This document shows positions 53,528 through 63,407 of a stretch of 64,000 nt of DNA, piece after piece. The translations under genes and the position numbers were made by a program. Location: assembly GCA_965203455.1 (NCBI GenBank), contig CBDBCV010000017.1, positions 8,639-72,638 of the forward strand, read 5' to 3'. The notes below the pieces were generated by a model, which searched no databases, was not told where the DNA came from, and saw only the letters and a list, made by a program, of their open reading frames with translations. Position 1 is the stretch's first letter. Every line of letters starts with the position of its first letter. Source of the DNA: Alphaproteobacteria bacterium. GTDB lineage: Bacteria > Pseudomonadota > Alphaproteobacteria > MPNO01.

Positions 53528-54526
53528 TCAGCCCGGAACGGGCGCGATTCCGAGCACCGGCGGCAGCCCCGAGGCGATGCGGGAGAACCCCTCCCCGCCG
53601 TCCCGGGTGGCCCATATCCCGCCGTCGTTGAGGCCCACGAACACCGTCTCCGGCGATCCCGGGTCCACCGCGATCGAACGCGGCGCGGGCGCGATGCGCT
53701 CCGACAGCCCGCCCGTCAGCCGCGTCCAGCTCTCGCCGCCGTCCGCGCTCCGGTAGAACCCCGCCCCGGCCCCCTCAGGCCGCCGCCAGCCCGGCGGCGG
53801 CACCTCCGCCCCCGCGGTGAACAGCACCCGGGGCCGGTCGGGATGAACCGCCACGTTGATCAGATAGGGGTGGGCGATCCCGGCATCCGATCGCGCGAAC
53901 GTCTCGCCCCCGTCGGCGCTCCGATAGAGCCCGTGACCCGAGGCCGAGACCACCGTCTCTCCGTCCGGGAAAACGGTGACCGTGTGCGAGTCGAACTCGG
54001 TGCCGTCCTTGACGTTGACCCAGCTCTCGCCGCCGTCGCGCGAGCGCACCAGCCAGCCCTCCTCCACCGCGCCGAAGATGACGTCCGGATCGGACGGCGA
54101 CAGCCCGATGCCGCGCACATGCGCCACATAGGGCGGCCCCGGGAAGGTCCAGTCCTTCCGGGTCGCCAGCCGGCGGAGGCTCTCCAGCTCCACCCAGCTG
54201 TCGCCGCAATCGGCCGACCGGAAGATGCAGGCGGGTTCGGTGCCGGCATAGAGCGCGCCCGTCTTCGGATGCAGCGCCAGCGAGAGCGTGTGCTTGTAGA
54301 CCAGCCCCTCGTTCTTCTCCGCCCAGCTCTTCCCGCCGTCGTCGGTGCGCCAGACGCCGCTGCGCTCGGTCGCCGCCCACGCCCGCCCGGGGCGGGACGG
54401 ATCGGCCAGGATCCAGCGCACCATGCCCCTGCCGTCCAGACCCGCCGGCCGGACCTCGCGGCCGGTGCCGTTGGGCTCGGCGAGAAAGACGCCGTCTCCC
54501 GTCGCGATGAACAGTGAGGTTGCCAT
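53528..54526 (-). CDS. BNR/Asp-box repeat beta-propeller protein (sialidase-like / Ycf48-like)
   Basis: Repeated S-x-D-x-G-x-S/T-W motifs (TDDGGKSW, SADCGDSW, SRDGGESW, SADGGETF, SADGGESW, TRDGGEGF). Confidence 0.6.
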   Translation of the reverse strand: MATSLFIATGDGVFLAEPNGTGREVRPAGLDGRGMVRWILADPSRPGRAWAATERSGVWRTDDGGKSWAEKNEGLVYKHTLSLALHPKTGALYAGTEPACIFRSADCGDSWVELESLRRLATRKDWTFPGPPYVAHVRGIGLSPSDPDVIFGAVEEGWLVRSRDGGESWVNVKDGTEFDSHTVTVFPDGETVVSASGHGLYRSADGGETFARSDAGIAHPYLINVAVHPDRPRVLFTAGAEVPPPGWRRPEGAGAGFYRSADGGESWTRLTGGLSERIAPAPRSIAVDPGSPETVFVGLNDGGIWATRDGGEGFSRIASGLPPVLGIAPVPG

Positions 54527-54684
54527 CCTTACCTCCCGCCGGTCGCAAGGAATGCGGGAACGATCTCAACCCGCACGTCCGGGCGCGTCAAGGCGCACGG
54601 CGCTTCCATCGCTTGCGGTCCGCGGCGTTTCGACCTCAAGATCGCAAACCGGATGCTGGACGCAGTCGATCGGAGCGCGTGCGG

Positions 54685-55899
54685 ATGACTTCGGGCGATA
54701 CGGGAGCCGGCCAAGCCGACGCGGAAGCGCTGATCGCGGCCGCGCGGGCGCTCGCGCCGGCCGCCAGGGACGACGCCGGGAGCGCGGAAAAGGCGCGCAA
54801 GCTGTCCCCGCGGGTGTATGCCGCGATGAGGGACGCCGGCTTCCTGCGCATTCTGCTTCCGCGCCGCTTCGGCGGGTACGAGCTCGACCTCGAGACCGCG
54901 ATAGAGGTGATCCTCGAGCTCTCCGCCGCCTGCGGGTCGACCGGCTGGGTCGCGAGCTGCGGCATTTCCCACCAGTGGATGGTCGCGCAGTTCCCGCTGG
55001 CCTGCCAGGAGGAGATCTGGGCGGACGGCCCCGACAAGCTGGTCGTGACCTCGTTCCCGGCGACCGGCAGCTGTCGGCGGGTCGACGGCGGCTTCCGGAT
55101 CGATGGGACCTGGCGCTATGCCAGCGGCTGCGACTATGCCGACGTCGCGCTGCTCGGCGTCGCGCTGCCCGCGGCAGGGGGCGGCGAGCGCGCGGTCCCC
55201 GGATTCGTCGTCGTGCCGATGTCGGAATGCGGGATCGCCGAAGACTGGGACACGATGGGGCTCGCGGCGACCGGCAGCCATGCGGTGACCGCCGAGGATG
55301 TCTTCGTGCCGGAGCATCGGAGCCTGCCGGCGGAGGTGTTCGTTTCGACCGACGCGCCGGGCCAGGCCGCCTTCGAGACCAATCTCGGGCGGTATCCGGT
55401 GTTCTCGCTCGGCGCCCACGGCCTGTCGGCCACGGCGGTCGGATGTCTGCGGGGAGCGCTGGATCACTTTACCGCGCTGCTGTCCCACTGGCAGGTCCGC
55501 GGGAGCGGGGAGGGGGCGGGCGCCAGGGTGGCCGAGTTCCCCGCCGTCCAGATGCGGGTGGGGCACGCGGCGATCGCCCTCAAGGCGGCAAGGACGCTGA
55601 TGTTCGGGCAAATCGAGGACACGCGGCGCGCCGTCATGGACCGGGGCGCGCTCCCGGACCGCGCCGAGCGGCTGGAGAATAGGGTCGTGCAGGCCTATGT
55701 CGTCCAGCTCGCCTTGCAGGGTCTCGACGCGTTGTGGGGCGCGACCGGCGCAACCGGCATACATCACGCCGAACCCGTGCAGCGCGCGTGGCGCGACGCT
55801 CATGCCGTTTCGCACCACGCGTTCTTCAACTGGGACGTCCATTCGGCGATGTACGGCCAGGCCCGGCTCGGGATCGAACCGCGCGGCGCGCCCTACTGA
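54685..55899 (+). CDS. ACAD-fold flavin-dependent monooxygenase, oxygenase component (HsaA/DszC/C2-HpaH-like), paralogue 1
   Basis: 404 aa acyl-CoA-dehydrogenase-like fold lacking CoA-ester features (...LLPRRFGGYELDLETAIEVILELSAACGSTGWV...). The start is MTSGDTG at 54685. Confidence 0.7.
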   Translation: MTSGDTGAGQADAEALIAAARALAPAARDDAGSAEKARKLSPRVYAAMRDAGFLRILLPRRFGGYELDLETAIEVILELSAACGSTGWVASCGISHQWMVAQFPLACQEEIWADGPDKLVVTSFPATGSCRRVDGGFRIDGTWRYASGCDYADVALLGVALPAAGGGERAVPGFVVVPMSECGIAEDWDTMGLAATGSHAVTAEDVFVPEHRSLPAEVFVSTDAPGQAAFETNLGRYPVFSLGAHGLSATAVGCLRGALDHFTALLSHWQVRGSGEGAGARVAEFPAVQMRVGHAAIALKAARTLMFGQIEDTRRAVMDRGALPDRAERLENRVVQAYVVQLALQGLDALWGATGATGIHHAEPVQRAWRDAHAVSHHAFFNWDVHSAMYGQARLGIEPRGAPY

Positions 55900-55963
55900 C
55901 CGCGCCCGTCGCGGAGGGGCGGCCGCTGCTTTAACCTGCGGTCGAAATCGGCGGGGAGCCCGA

Positions 55964-57181
55964 ATGCCGGAAACTCCGGATCAGGCGACTTTGGCGAACG
56001 GCGGCGCGAATGCGGTGGCGCGGGAGGAGCTGATCGACCGCGCGCGGACGCTTCTGCCGGCGATCGCCGGGCGGGCGGCGGAGGCGGACCGGATCAGGCG
56101 GCTGCCCGACGCGACCCAGGCCGAGCTGATGGAGGCCGGCCTCTACCGGATTTACCTGCCCGAGCGGTACGGCGGTTACGAGCTCGACTACATGCTCCAG
56201 GTCGATCTCGCCGCCGAGCTCGGCACCGCCTGCGGCTCGACCGCCTGGGTCCATTCGGTGGTCGCCAGCCACAGCTGGATGCACGGCATGTTCGATGCCG
56301 GCGCCCAGGACGCGGTCTGGGGCGAGGACCCGGACGCGCTGATCTCCGGCTCGACGCCGACGGCCGACTCCCGCGTTACCCCGGTCGACGGGGGGTACGT
56401 GCTCGACGGCACCTGGACCCTGGCGAGCGGGGTCGATGTCTGCCGGTGGAACCATTTCAACATGATGACGCCGAGGCTCGACCGCGACGGCATGGAGCAC
56501 CGCTACGGGCTCGCGCCGGTGAGCGCCGTCGAGCTGGTCGACGACTGGTACGCCACCGGCCTGCGCGGGACCGGCTCCAGATCGATGATCTGCCGCGACC
56601 TCTTCATCGCCGAGGACCGGACGATCCGCTCGGAGGCGTGCCGCGGCGGGCCGACGCGCGGCAGCGCGGTCAACCCCGGCCCGCTCTACCGGATGCCGCT
56701 GTTCTCGCTGTTCGGCAAGGGGATCGTGGCGCCGGCGGTGGGCATCGCCCGGGGCGCGCTGTCCCTGGTGGTCGAAAGGCTCGGCGCGCAGCGCATGCAG
56801 AGCGGCGCGCGGCTCGCCGAAGAGCCCACCGCGCAGCTCCGCGTGGGCGAGGCGGCGGCGGAGATCGACGCGGCCTGGACCCTGTTGCGGCGCGACTGCG
56901 GGGAAGTCCACGCGCGGGCCGGGGCGGGCGAGGAGCCGAGCCTGGAGGAACGCCACCGCTGGCGGCGCAACGACGGTTATGCGGGCAGGCTTCTGGTGCA
57001 GGCGGTCGACCGGCTGATGGCGCTCGGCGGGGCGACCGGCAACGCGGAGGACTCGCCGCTGCAGCGCCACTGGCGCGACATGCATACCCTCGCTTCGCAT
57101 ATCGCGCTCGCCTGGGATGCCCAGGGCGCGAATTACGGACGTATCCTGCTGGGCCTGCCGACCCGGGACAGCAAATTGTGA
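55964..57181 (+). CDS. ACAD-fold flavin-dependent monooxygenase, oxygenase component, paralogue 2
   Basis: 405 aa, alignable with paralogue 1 (YLPERYGGYELDYMLQVDLAAELGTACGSTAWV...). The start is MPETPDQ at 55964. Confidence 0.7.
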   Translation: MPETPDQATLANGGANAVAREELIDRARTLLPAIAGRAAEADRIRRLPDATQAELMEAGLYRIYLPERYGGYELDYMLQVDLAAELGTACGSTAWVHSVVASHSWMHGMFDAGAQDAVWGEDPDALISGSTPTADSRVTPVDGGYVLDGTWTLASGVDVCRWNHFNMMTPRLDRDGMEHRYGLAPVSAVELVDDWYATGLRGTGSRSMICRDLFIAEDRTIRSEACRGGPTRGSAVNPGPLYRMPLFSLFGKGIVAPAVGIARGALSLVVERLGAQRMQSGARLAEEPTAQLRVGEAAAEIDAAWTLLRRDCGEVHARAGAGEEPSLEERHRWRRNDGYAGRLLVQAVDRLMALGGATGNAEDSPLQRHWRDMHTLASHIALAWDAQGANYGRILLGLPTRDSKL

Positions 57182-57191
57182 GGAGGCGACG

Positions 57192-57581
57192 ATGAGCCGG
57201 CGGCGCATCTCCAGCGGCACGCCGTTCGAGGAGCTGGCGAGCTTTTCCCGGGCGGTCGTCGACGGCGACATGGTCTATGTCTCCGGCACCACCGGCATGG
57301 ATCGGGAAACCGGCGCCTTCCCGGCCGACGCGGCGGCGCAGACCCGGCTTGCGCTGGGTCATGTCGAGGCCGCGCTCGACGAGGCCGGCGCGAGCCTGGC
57401 CGATGTGCTGCGCGTGACGGTCTATATCGCCGACCGCGCGGACCTGATGCCGGTGTGCGAGGCGATCGGCGAGGCCTTCGCCGATATCCGTCCGGCCAAT
57501 ACCACCGTGATCGCGGCGCTGGCGCTGCCCGAAATGAAGGTGGAGATCGAGGTGACCGCGCGGATCGGGAGCGCGGGATAG
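57192..57581 (+). CDS. RidA/YjgF-family reactive-intermediate deaminase
   Basis: 129 aa (...AVVDGDMVYVSGTTGMD...VTVYIAD...), with an AGGAGG ribosome-binding site 5 nt upstream. Confidence 0.8.
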   Translation: MSRRRISSGTPFEELASFSRAVVDGDMVYVSGTTGMDRETGAFPADAAAQTRLALGHVEAALDEAGASLADVLRVTVYIADRADLMPVCEAIGEAFADIRPANTTVIAALALPEMKVEIEVTARIGSAG

Positions 57582-57663
57582 GCGTCCGGACCGGCGCGCG
57601 GTTCCGCCTGGAGCGGATACGCTCTAACATTCGAAGCGGACCATCCGGAGGAGGCTGGACGCC

Positions 57664-58506
57664 ATGATCTCGCGTCGCCGCTTTCTCGCGGCCTCGGCCG
57701 CCGCTGGGCTGCTGCCCCCGGCGGCGCGCGCCGCCGCCGCGCCGATGCCGATCTTCGACGCCCATATCCATTTCAGCCACGACGCGGCCGAGCGGTTTTC
57801 CCCCGGCGAGGCCGTCGCCATCCTGAAGAAGGCGGGGCTGAAGCGGGCGCTGGTGTCGAGCTCGGGCGATGCCGGCACCCGCGCGCTCCACGCCGCCGCG
57901 CCGGACCTCGTCCTGCCCAGCCTGCGTCCCTACCGTCGGCGCGGCGAGATAAACAGCTGGGTCGACGATCCGTCGGTGATCGACTTCCTCGAAGACCGTC
58001 TGAAGCGCTTCGAGTGGGTCGCGGTCGGCGAATTCCACCTCTTCGCCGCGCAGACCGGCAAGGCCGTGCCGCGGCGCGTGATCGAGCTGGCGCGGCGGCA
58101 CAATCTTCTCCTGCACGCCCATTCGGACGCCGGCGCGGTCGATGCGATCTTCGCCCGGTGGCCGGAAGCGCGGGTGCTTTGGGCCCATGCCGGCTTCGTC
58201 GGTCCGGATGTCGTCGGCCCGATGCTCGGGAAGCACGCGAACCTGTGGACCGATTTGGCCTTTCGCAGCGAACACGCCCACGGCGGGCGGGTCGACGACG
58301 ACTGGCGCGGCCTGTTCGCCGCGTTCCCGGACCGCGTCACGGTCGGCACCGACACCTTCACGCCCGAACGCTGGCACTATGTCGCCGAGCACGCCGACTG
58401 GACCCGGCGCTGGCTGAGCGACCTGCCGCCCGACCTCGCCGAGAAGATCGCCTGGCGCAACGGCGAGACGATGATCCGGCCCCACCTCGCAAACCTCCGA
58501 AAATAA
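57664..58506 (+). CDS. Tat-exported metal-dependent amidohydrolase-family (TIM-barrel) protein
   Basis: Twin-arginine signal MISRRRFLAASAAAGLLPPAARA, then an amidohydrolase_2-like fold (FDAHIHF...HAHSD...WAHAG...TD). Confidence 0.7.
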   Translation: MISRRRFLAASAAAGLLPPAARAAAAPMPIFDAHIHFSHDAAERFSPGEAVAILKKAGLKRALVSSSGDAGTRALHAAAPDLVLPSLRPYRRRGEINSWVDDPSVIDFLEDRLKRFEWVAVGEFHLFAAQTGKAVPRRVIELARRHNLLLHAHSDAGAVDAIFARWPEARVLWAHAGFVGPDVVGPMLGKHANLWTDLAFRSEHAHGGRVDDDWRGLFAAFPDRVTVGTDTFTPERWHYVAEHADWTRRWLSDLPPDLAEKIAWRNGETMIRPHLANLRK

Positions 58507-58508
58507 CC

Positions 58509-58913
58509 GTGGCCAGGCGGCGCCTCGGCGGACCGGCTCTGGCGGTGGCGCTCGTTCTCGCGGCCGGCGCGGCGGCGGCCTGCGACCGTCCCGAGGGCTG
58601 GACCGGCGGCGCGAAAATCGCCGGCGCGCTGTGGACGGCATGGTGGCGGCCGGAACCCGCCCCCATCCCGGTCGGAGAGCATTTTTCCGTCCGTTTCCAT
58701 CTGTGCGGGCCGCCGGTCGGCCGGGTCGGCGTGCGCGGCTGGATGCCGGACCACCGGCACGGCATGAACTACCGGCCCGCCGTGACCCTGAACGGCTCGT
58801 CCGGAACGGCCGAGGGCCTGATGTTCCACATGCCGGGGCGCTGGCAGCTGATCCTCGATGTCCGCGGCGCGGCGGGCCGGGAGAAGCTCACCGCGGAAAC
58901 GGTGCCGGAGTGA
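58509..58913 (+). CDS. Small secreted His/Met-rich protein of unknown function (134 aa), translationally coupled on both sides
   Basis: GTG start 2 nt after the amidohydrolase stop, with signal peptide VARRRLGGPALAVALVLAAGAAAA. Contains WMPDHRHGMNYRP and FHMPGRWQL motifs. Its stop overlaps the CCP GTG start. Confidence 0.5.
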   Translation: MARRRLGGPALAVALVLAAGAAAACDRPEGWTGGAKIAGALWTAWWRPEPAPIPVGEHFSVRFHLCGPPVGRVGVRGWMPDHRHGMNYRPAVTLNGSSGTAEGLMFHMPGRWQLILDVRGAAGREKLTAETVPE

Positions 58914-60109
58914 CGCCCCGGCTGGCGGCCGGGCTCGCGGGGCTTTCGATTGCATTCTGCATGCTTTCCGGCATCGCGGCGCCGGTGTCGGCGCTCGACC
59001 TGACCGACGAGGAAAAACGCCGGATCCTGCGCCATGGGCCATGGCCGCCGGCCGCGCGGCCCGATCCGAGCAACCGGGTTTCCGGCAAGCCCGCCGCCAT
59101 CGCCTTCGGCCGGGCGCTGTTCTTCGATCCGCGGCTGTCGGTCTCCGGCGCGGTCTCCTGCGCGACCTGCCATGAGCCGGACCGGGCCTGGACCGACGGG
59201 CTGCCGCGCAGCCGCGGGCACCGGATCGTCGACCGCAACGCGCCCACCCTGTTCAACCTGCGGTTCAACCGCTGGTTCGGCTGGGACGGCGCGCAGGACA
59301 CGCTTTGGGCACAGAACCTCAGACCCCTCCTCGATACGCGCGAGATGGGCGTCGGCCCCGGCGGCGCGGCGCTTCTGCTCCGTTCCGACGGGCAGCTTTC
59401 CTGCGGCTACCGGGAGTCCTTCGGCCAAGCGCCCGGCGCGGACGACGAACGGGTTTTCGTCGATCTCGGCAAGGCGCTGGCGGCGTTCCTGGAAACTCTC
59501 GTCACCGGCCGCACGCCGTTCGACGATTTCCGCGATGCGCTGGCGCGCGACGACCCCGCCGGCCGGGCGCGCTATCCCGCCGCCGCCAAGCGCGGCCTGC
59601 GCCTGTTCGTCGGCCGGGGCAACTGCGCCTTCTGCCATTTCGGCCCGGCCTTCACCAACGGCGAGTTCGCCGACGCCGGCGTGCCGCATTTCGTCGAACC
59701 CGGCCGGGTCGATCCCGGCCGGCACGGCGGCATCCGCAAGCTGCGCCGGAGCCCCTACACCCTGCTGGGCCCTTTCAACGACGATGCGCAGCGATCCACC
59801 GCGGCCAGGACCCGCTATGTCCGTCTGCGACAGAGCAATTTCGGCGAGTTCCGGGTGCCGGGCCTGCGCAACGTCGCGCTCACCGCGCCCTACATGCATG
59901 CCGGCAGCCACGCGACACTCGCCGACGTCGTCGATCACTACTCGACGCTCGACGAGGAACGGCTGCACGCCGGCGGCGAGCGTATCCTGCGCCGCCTCGA
60001 CCTGAGCGCGGGCGAACGGGCCGATCTCGTCGCGTTTCTCGAAACGCTGACGGAAAAGGAACCGCGTCACTCATCCGTAAAGGAGACCGGCAACGCCGGG
60101 TGCCGGTAG
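58910..60109 (+). CDS. Di-haem cytochrome c peroxidase (CCP/MauG family)
   Basis: Two CxxCH haem sites (CATCHEP and CAFCHFGP) and a signal peptide (LAAGLAGLSIAFCMLSGIAAPVSA). Confidence 0.8.
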   Translation: MTPRLAAGLAGLSIAFCMLSGIAAPVSALDLTDEEKRRILRHGPWPPAARPDPSNRVSGKPAAIAFGRALFFDPRLSVSGAVSCATCHEPDRAWTDGLPRSRGHRIVDRNAPTLFNLRFNRWFGWDGAQDTLWAQNLRPLLDTREMGVGPGGAALLLRSDGQLSCGYRESFGQAPGADDERVFVDLGKALAAFLETLVTGRTPFDDFRDALARDDPAGRARYPAAAKRGLRLFVGRGNCAFCHFGPAFTNGEFADAGVPHFVEPGRVDPGRHGGIRKLRRSPYTLLGPFNDDAQRSTAARTRYVRLRQSNFGEFRVPGLRNVALTAPYMHAGSHATLADVVDHYSTLDEERLHAGGERILRRLDLSAGERADLVAFLETLTEKEPRHSSVKETGNAGCR

Positions 60110-60145
60110 CCGGATTTGCTTGCCTTCCGCCTGCCGGACGAGGTC

Positions 60146-60174
60146 AGGGCTAGGATGTTTCCATCCAGGCCCTC
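60146..60174. terminator. Imperfect hairpin between the convergent CCP gene and tRNA-Lys (possible bidirectional terminator)
   Basis: agggctaggatg-tttc-catccaggccct. No clear U-tract. Confidence 0.25.
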
Positions 60175-60182
60175 GACAGGAT

Positions 60183-60258
<76 letters not shown>

Positions 60259-60330
60259 CCCGATCGGGAGCCGGGCTTATAGCAAACCGCGCGGCCGATG
60301 GCGAGCCCGGCGGCGGCGCGCGGTCCGGCG

Positions 60331-61479
60331 TCAGGCGCCCTCCGATGTCCCGGACCTGCCGATCATCGCGTCCCTGTCGATGCTGGCCGACAACAGCAAT
60401 CCGTAGCCGATCATCACGCTGAGGATGGCCGTCCCGCCATAGGAAATCAGCGGCAGGGGCGCGCCCACCACCGGGACCAGTCCCATCACCATGGCGATGT
60501 TGATGGACACGTAGAGCGCGACCGTCACGGTCACGCCCATCGCGACGACGCGCCCGAACTGGTTGCGGATGCGGACCGCGATGGCGATCCCGTAGGCGAA
60601 CAGCAGGAGGAACAGGCCGAGCACGGAGAGCCCGCCGATCAGGCCGAACTCCTCCGCCAGCATGGTGAAGATGAAGTCGGTCTGACGTTCCGGCAGAAAA
60701 TCCAGATGAGCCTGCGATCCCTGCATGTACCCCTTGCCGAAGATGCCGCCCGAGCCGAGCGCGATCTTGGCCTGCAGGATGTGGTAGCCGGCGCCCAGCG
60801 GGTCGGACTCCGGGTCGAAGAAGGTCAGGATGCGCTGTTGCTGATAGGGGCGCAGGACGTTCCAGACCACCGGCATGGCGGCGAAGCCGAGCAGCGCCAC
60901 CAGACCGAATTTCCACAGCCTGACCCCGACGACGAAGAATATCGCCGCCCCTCCCACCGTCAGCATCGCCGCCGTGCCCAGATCCGGCTGCCGCAACACC
61001 AGGAACGCCGGGCCGAGGATCATCAGCAGCGGCACCGCCAGGCGCCCCGGACGTCCGATATCCTCCGTCGACAGGCCGTGAAAGTAGCGCGCCAGCCCGA
61101 GGATCAACGCGATCTTCATGAGCTCCGAGGGCTGCAGGCGCACGACGCCGAGATCGATCCATCGCTGCGCGCCCATGCCGGTGGCGCCGGCCACCTCGAC
61201 CGCGACGAGGAGCGCGACGGCGGCGAAATAGATCGCGTAGGCGTAGCGCAGCCAGAACCGGATATCGACCAGCGCCACCGCCAGCATCAGCGCCAGCGCG
61301 ATGCCGAAGCGCATGACATGGCGTACCGCCCAGGGCTCCCAGCTCCCGCCCCCGGCCGAGTAGAGCATGGCCGCGCCGACCCCGGCGAGAATGCACAGGA
61401 GAACGACGAGCGGCCAGCTCAGCAGGGCGAGCCTGCGCCCGAGGGAAAGGCTTTCGCCGGTTGCCGCGACGCTGGCCAA
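60331..61479 (-). CDS. rodA: Rod-shape-determining protein RodA (SEDS glycosyltransferase)
   Basis: 382 aa polytopic protein with SEDS motifs (...FDPESDPLGAGYHILQAKIALGSGG...). Confidence 0.9.
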   Translation of the reverse strand: MASVAATGESLSLGRRLALLSWPLVVLLCILAGVGAAMLYSAGGGSWEPWAVRHVMRFGIALALMLAVALVDIRFWLRYAYAIYFAAVALLVAVEVAGATGMGAQRWIDLGVVRLQPSELMKIALILGLARYFHGLSTEDIGRPGRLAVPLLMILGPAFLVLRQPDLGTAAMLTVGGAAIFFVVGVRLWKFGLVALLGFAAMPVVWNVLRPYQQQRILTFFDPESDPLGAGYHILQAKIALGSGGIFGKGYMQGSQAHLDFLPERQTDFIFTMLAEEFGLIGGLSVLGLFLLLFAYGIAIAVRIRNQFGRVVAMGVTVTVALYVSINIAMVMGLVPVVGAPLPLISYGGTAILSVMIGYGLLLSASIDRDAMIGRSGTSEGA

Positions 61480-61497
61480 GGCCGGGGTCCTTTCCCT

Positions 61498-63375
61498 TCA
61501 GCCCTGGCCGGGAAGAGCTTCGACCCGGGCGAGACGGTCGCCCGCATCGGCCCCCAACGGGTCCCGGCGTTGCGCTTCCAGCAGGATGTCCCGCGCGATC
61601 GGAGCCGCGACCGAAGAGCCCGCGCCGCCATGCTCGACGACCACCGAGATCGCGTAGCGTGGCTTTTCGAGCGGCGCGTAAGCGACGAACAGCGCATGGT
61701 CGCGCTCGCGCCAGGGACGCTCATGGTTCTTGAGCACGCCGGTTCCGCGTTCGCTCTGGGAGATCTTGACGACTTGCGAGGTTCCCGTCTTGCCCGCGAG
61801 CGCAAGCGCGCGATCCCGGATCGCGTAGCGGTAAGCGCTGCCCCGCTCGTTGTTGGCGACCGCATTCATGCCGCGGCGAACCGTCTTCAACGCGGCTTCC
61901 CGGATCTTGAGCGCCGGAAAGCGCGGCTGGGGCGGCGGCGCGGCGGACCCCTCGTCCCCGATGACCAGTTTCGGAACGACGGCGCGGCCCGAGGCGATCC
62001 GCGCGGTCATGACGGCGAGCTGCAGCGGCGTCGTCAGCACGAAGCCCTGACCGATGCCGGTGATCAGCGTCTCGCCGCCCTGCCATCTGGAGCCGATGGA
62101 TGCGAGCTTCCATTCGGGCGTGGGTATCAGCCCCTCCTGCTCGCCCGGCAGATCGTCCAGAAGCCTGGTGCCGAGGCCGAGCCTGAGGGACATCTCCGCG
62201 ATCCGGTCGATGCCGACCTGCTGCGCCAGCTCGTAGAAGTAGATGTCGCAGCTCTGCTCGATCGCGCCCACCATGTCGAGCCAGCCATGCCCGTGCTCGT
62301 TCCAGCAGTGGAACTGCGCCTCGCCGAGCTCCATGAACCCCTTGCAGCGGATGCGCTGGCCCGGCCACGACCTGCGTGCGTCGAGCGCCGCCAGGGCCAC
62401 GGCGAGCTTGAACGTCGAGCCCGGCGCGTAAAGCCCCGACAGGCATCTGTTGAGCAGCGGCGTCATCGGGTCCGAGACCACCGACCGCCACGTATCGGCG
62501 CTCAGCCCCCGGACGAACTGGTTGGGCTCGTAGGCCGGAGTCGAGGCCATGGCGAGGACTTCTCCGGTTTCCACTCCCAGCAGCACCGCCGAGGCGCTCT
62601 GGTGCGGGGCGAGCCGGTCCTGGGCGAATGCCTGGAGCGCGATGTCTATCGTGAGGCGGACATCGTTCCCCGGCACCCCCTCGACCCGGTCGACTTCGCG
62701 GATGACCCGTCCCAGCGCGTTGACTTCCACCTGGCTCGCGCCCGCCTTCCCGCGGAGCGCGAGATCGTGCGTCTTTTCGATCCCGTCCTTGCCGATGCGA
62801 AAGCCGGGCAGCTGGAGCAGCGGATCGTCGCCGAGCTCGGTTTCGGAAACTGGCGCGACATAGCCCAGCACATGGACCGACTTCATCGAATGGGGATAGT
62901 CGCGCACCAGGTCGGCGTCGATGGCGATGCCCGGAAGGTCCGGCGCGTTGACCTCGATCTTCGCGACCTCGCGCCAGTCCAGCCCGTCGCGCACCGTGAC
63001 GGGGACGAAGCTGCGGCGCCGCCTCACTTCTCGCAGCACGCGGGACCGCTCCCCCTCCGTAAGCCCGATCAGCCGCTCGAGCATGTCGAGAGTCCGGCCG
63101 ACATCCCCCGCCTGTTCGGCGATCAGCAGCACGCGGTACGCCTCCCGGTTGATCGCGAGCGGCGACGAGAACCGGTCGAGGATGCGTCCCCGCGCGGGCG
63201 CGACAAGGCGCATGTTGATCCGGTTGTCCTCCGCCAGCATCTTGTAACGGTCGGAGTCGACCACCTGGATCTGGTACATCCGGCCCGCCAGCATCGCGGC
63301 CGCCGCGAGCTGGGCGCCGCCGAGGACCGCCGCCCGCCGGGTAAAGAGCCTGTGCCTCTCGTTGTCCCGGTACAT
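61498..63375 (-). CDS. mrdA: Penicillin-binding protein 2 (elongasome transpeptidase)
   Basis: 625 aa with SxxK (APGSTFK), SxN and KTG (AGKTGTSQ) motifs. Confidence 0.9.
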   Translation of the reverse strand: MYRDNERHRLFTRRAAVLGGAQLAAAAMLAGRMYQIQVVDSDRYKMLAEDNRINMRLVAPARGRILDRFSSPLAINREAYRVLLIAEQAGDVGRTLDMLERLIGLTEGERSRVLREVRRRRSFVPVTVRDGLDWREVAKIEVNAPDLPGIAIDADLVRDYPHSMKSVHVLGYVAPVSETELGDDPLLQLPGFRIGKDGIEKTHDLALRGKAGASQVEVNALGRVIREVDRVEGVPGNDVRLTIDIALQAFAQDRLAPHQSASAVLLGVETGEVLAMASTPAYEPNQFVRGLSADTWRSVVSDPMTPLLNRCLSGLYAPGSTFKLAVALAALDARRSWPGQRIRCKGFMELGEAQFHCWNEHGHGWLDMVGAIEQSCDIYFYELAQQVGIDRIAEMSLRLGLGTRLLDDLPGEQEGLIPTPEWKLASIGSRWQGGETLITGIGQGFVLTTPLQLAVMTARIASGRAVVPKLVIGDEGSAAPPPQPRFPALKIREAALKTVRRGMNAVANNERGSAYRYAIRDRALALAGKTGTSQVVKISQSERGTGVLKNHERPWRERDHALFVAYAPLEKPRYAISVVVEHGGAGSSVAAPIARDILLEAQRRDPLGADAGDRLARVEALPGQG

Positions 63376-63407
63376 CGCCCGATCCTAGCCCGCACTTCTC
63401 ACCAGTG

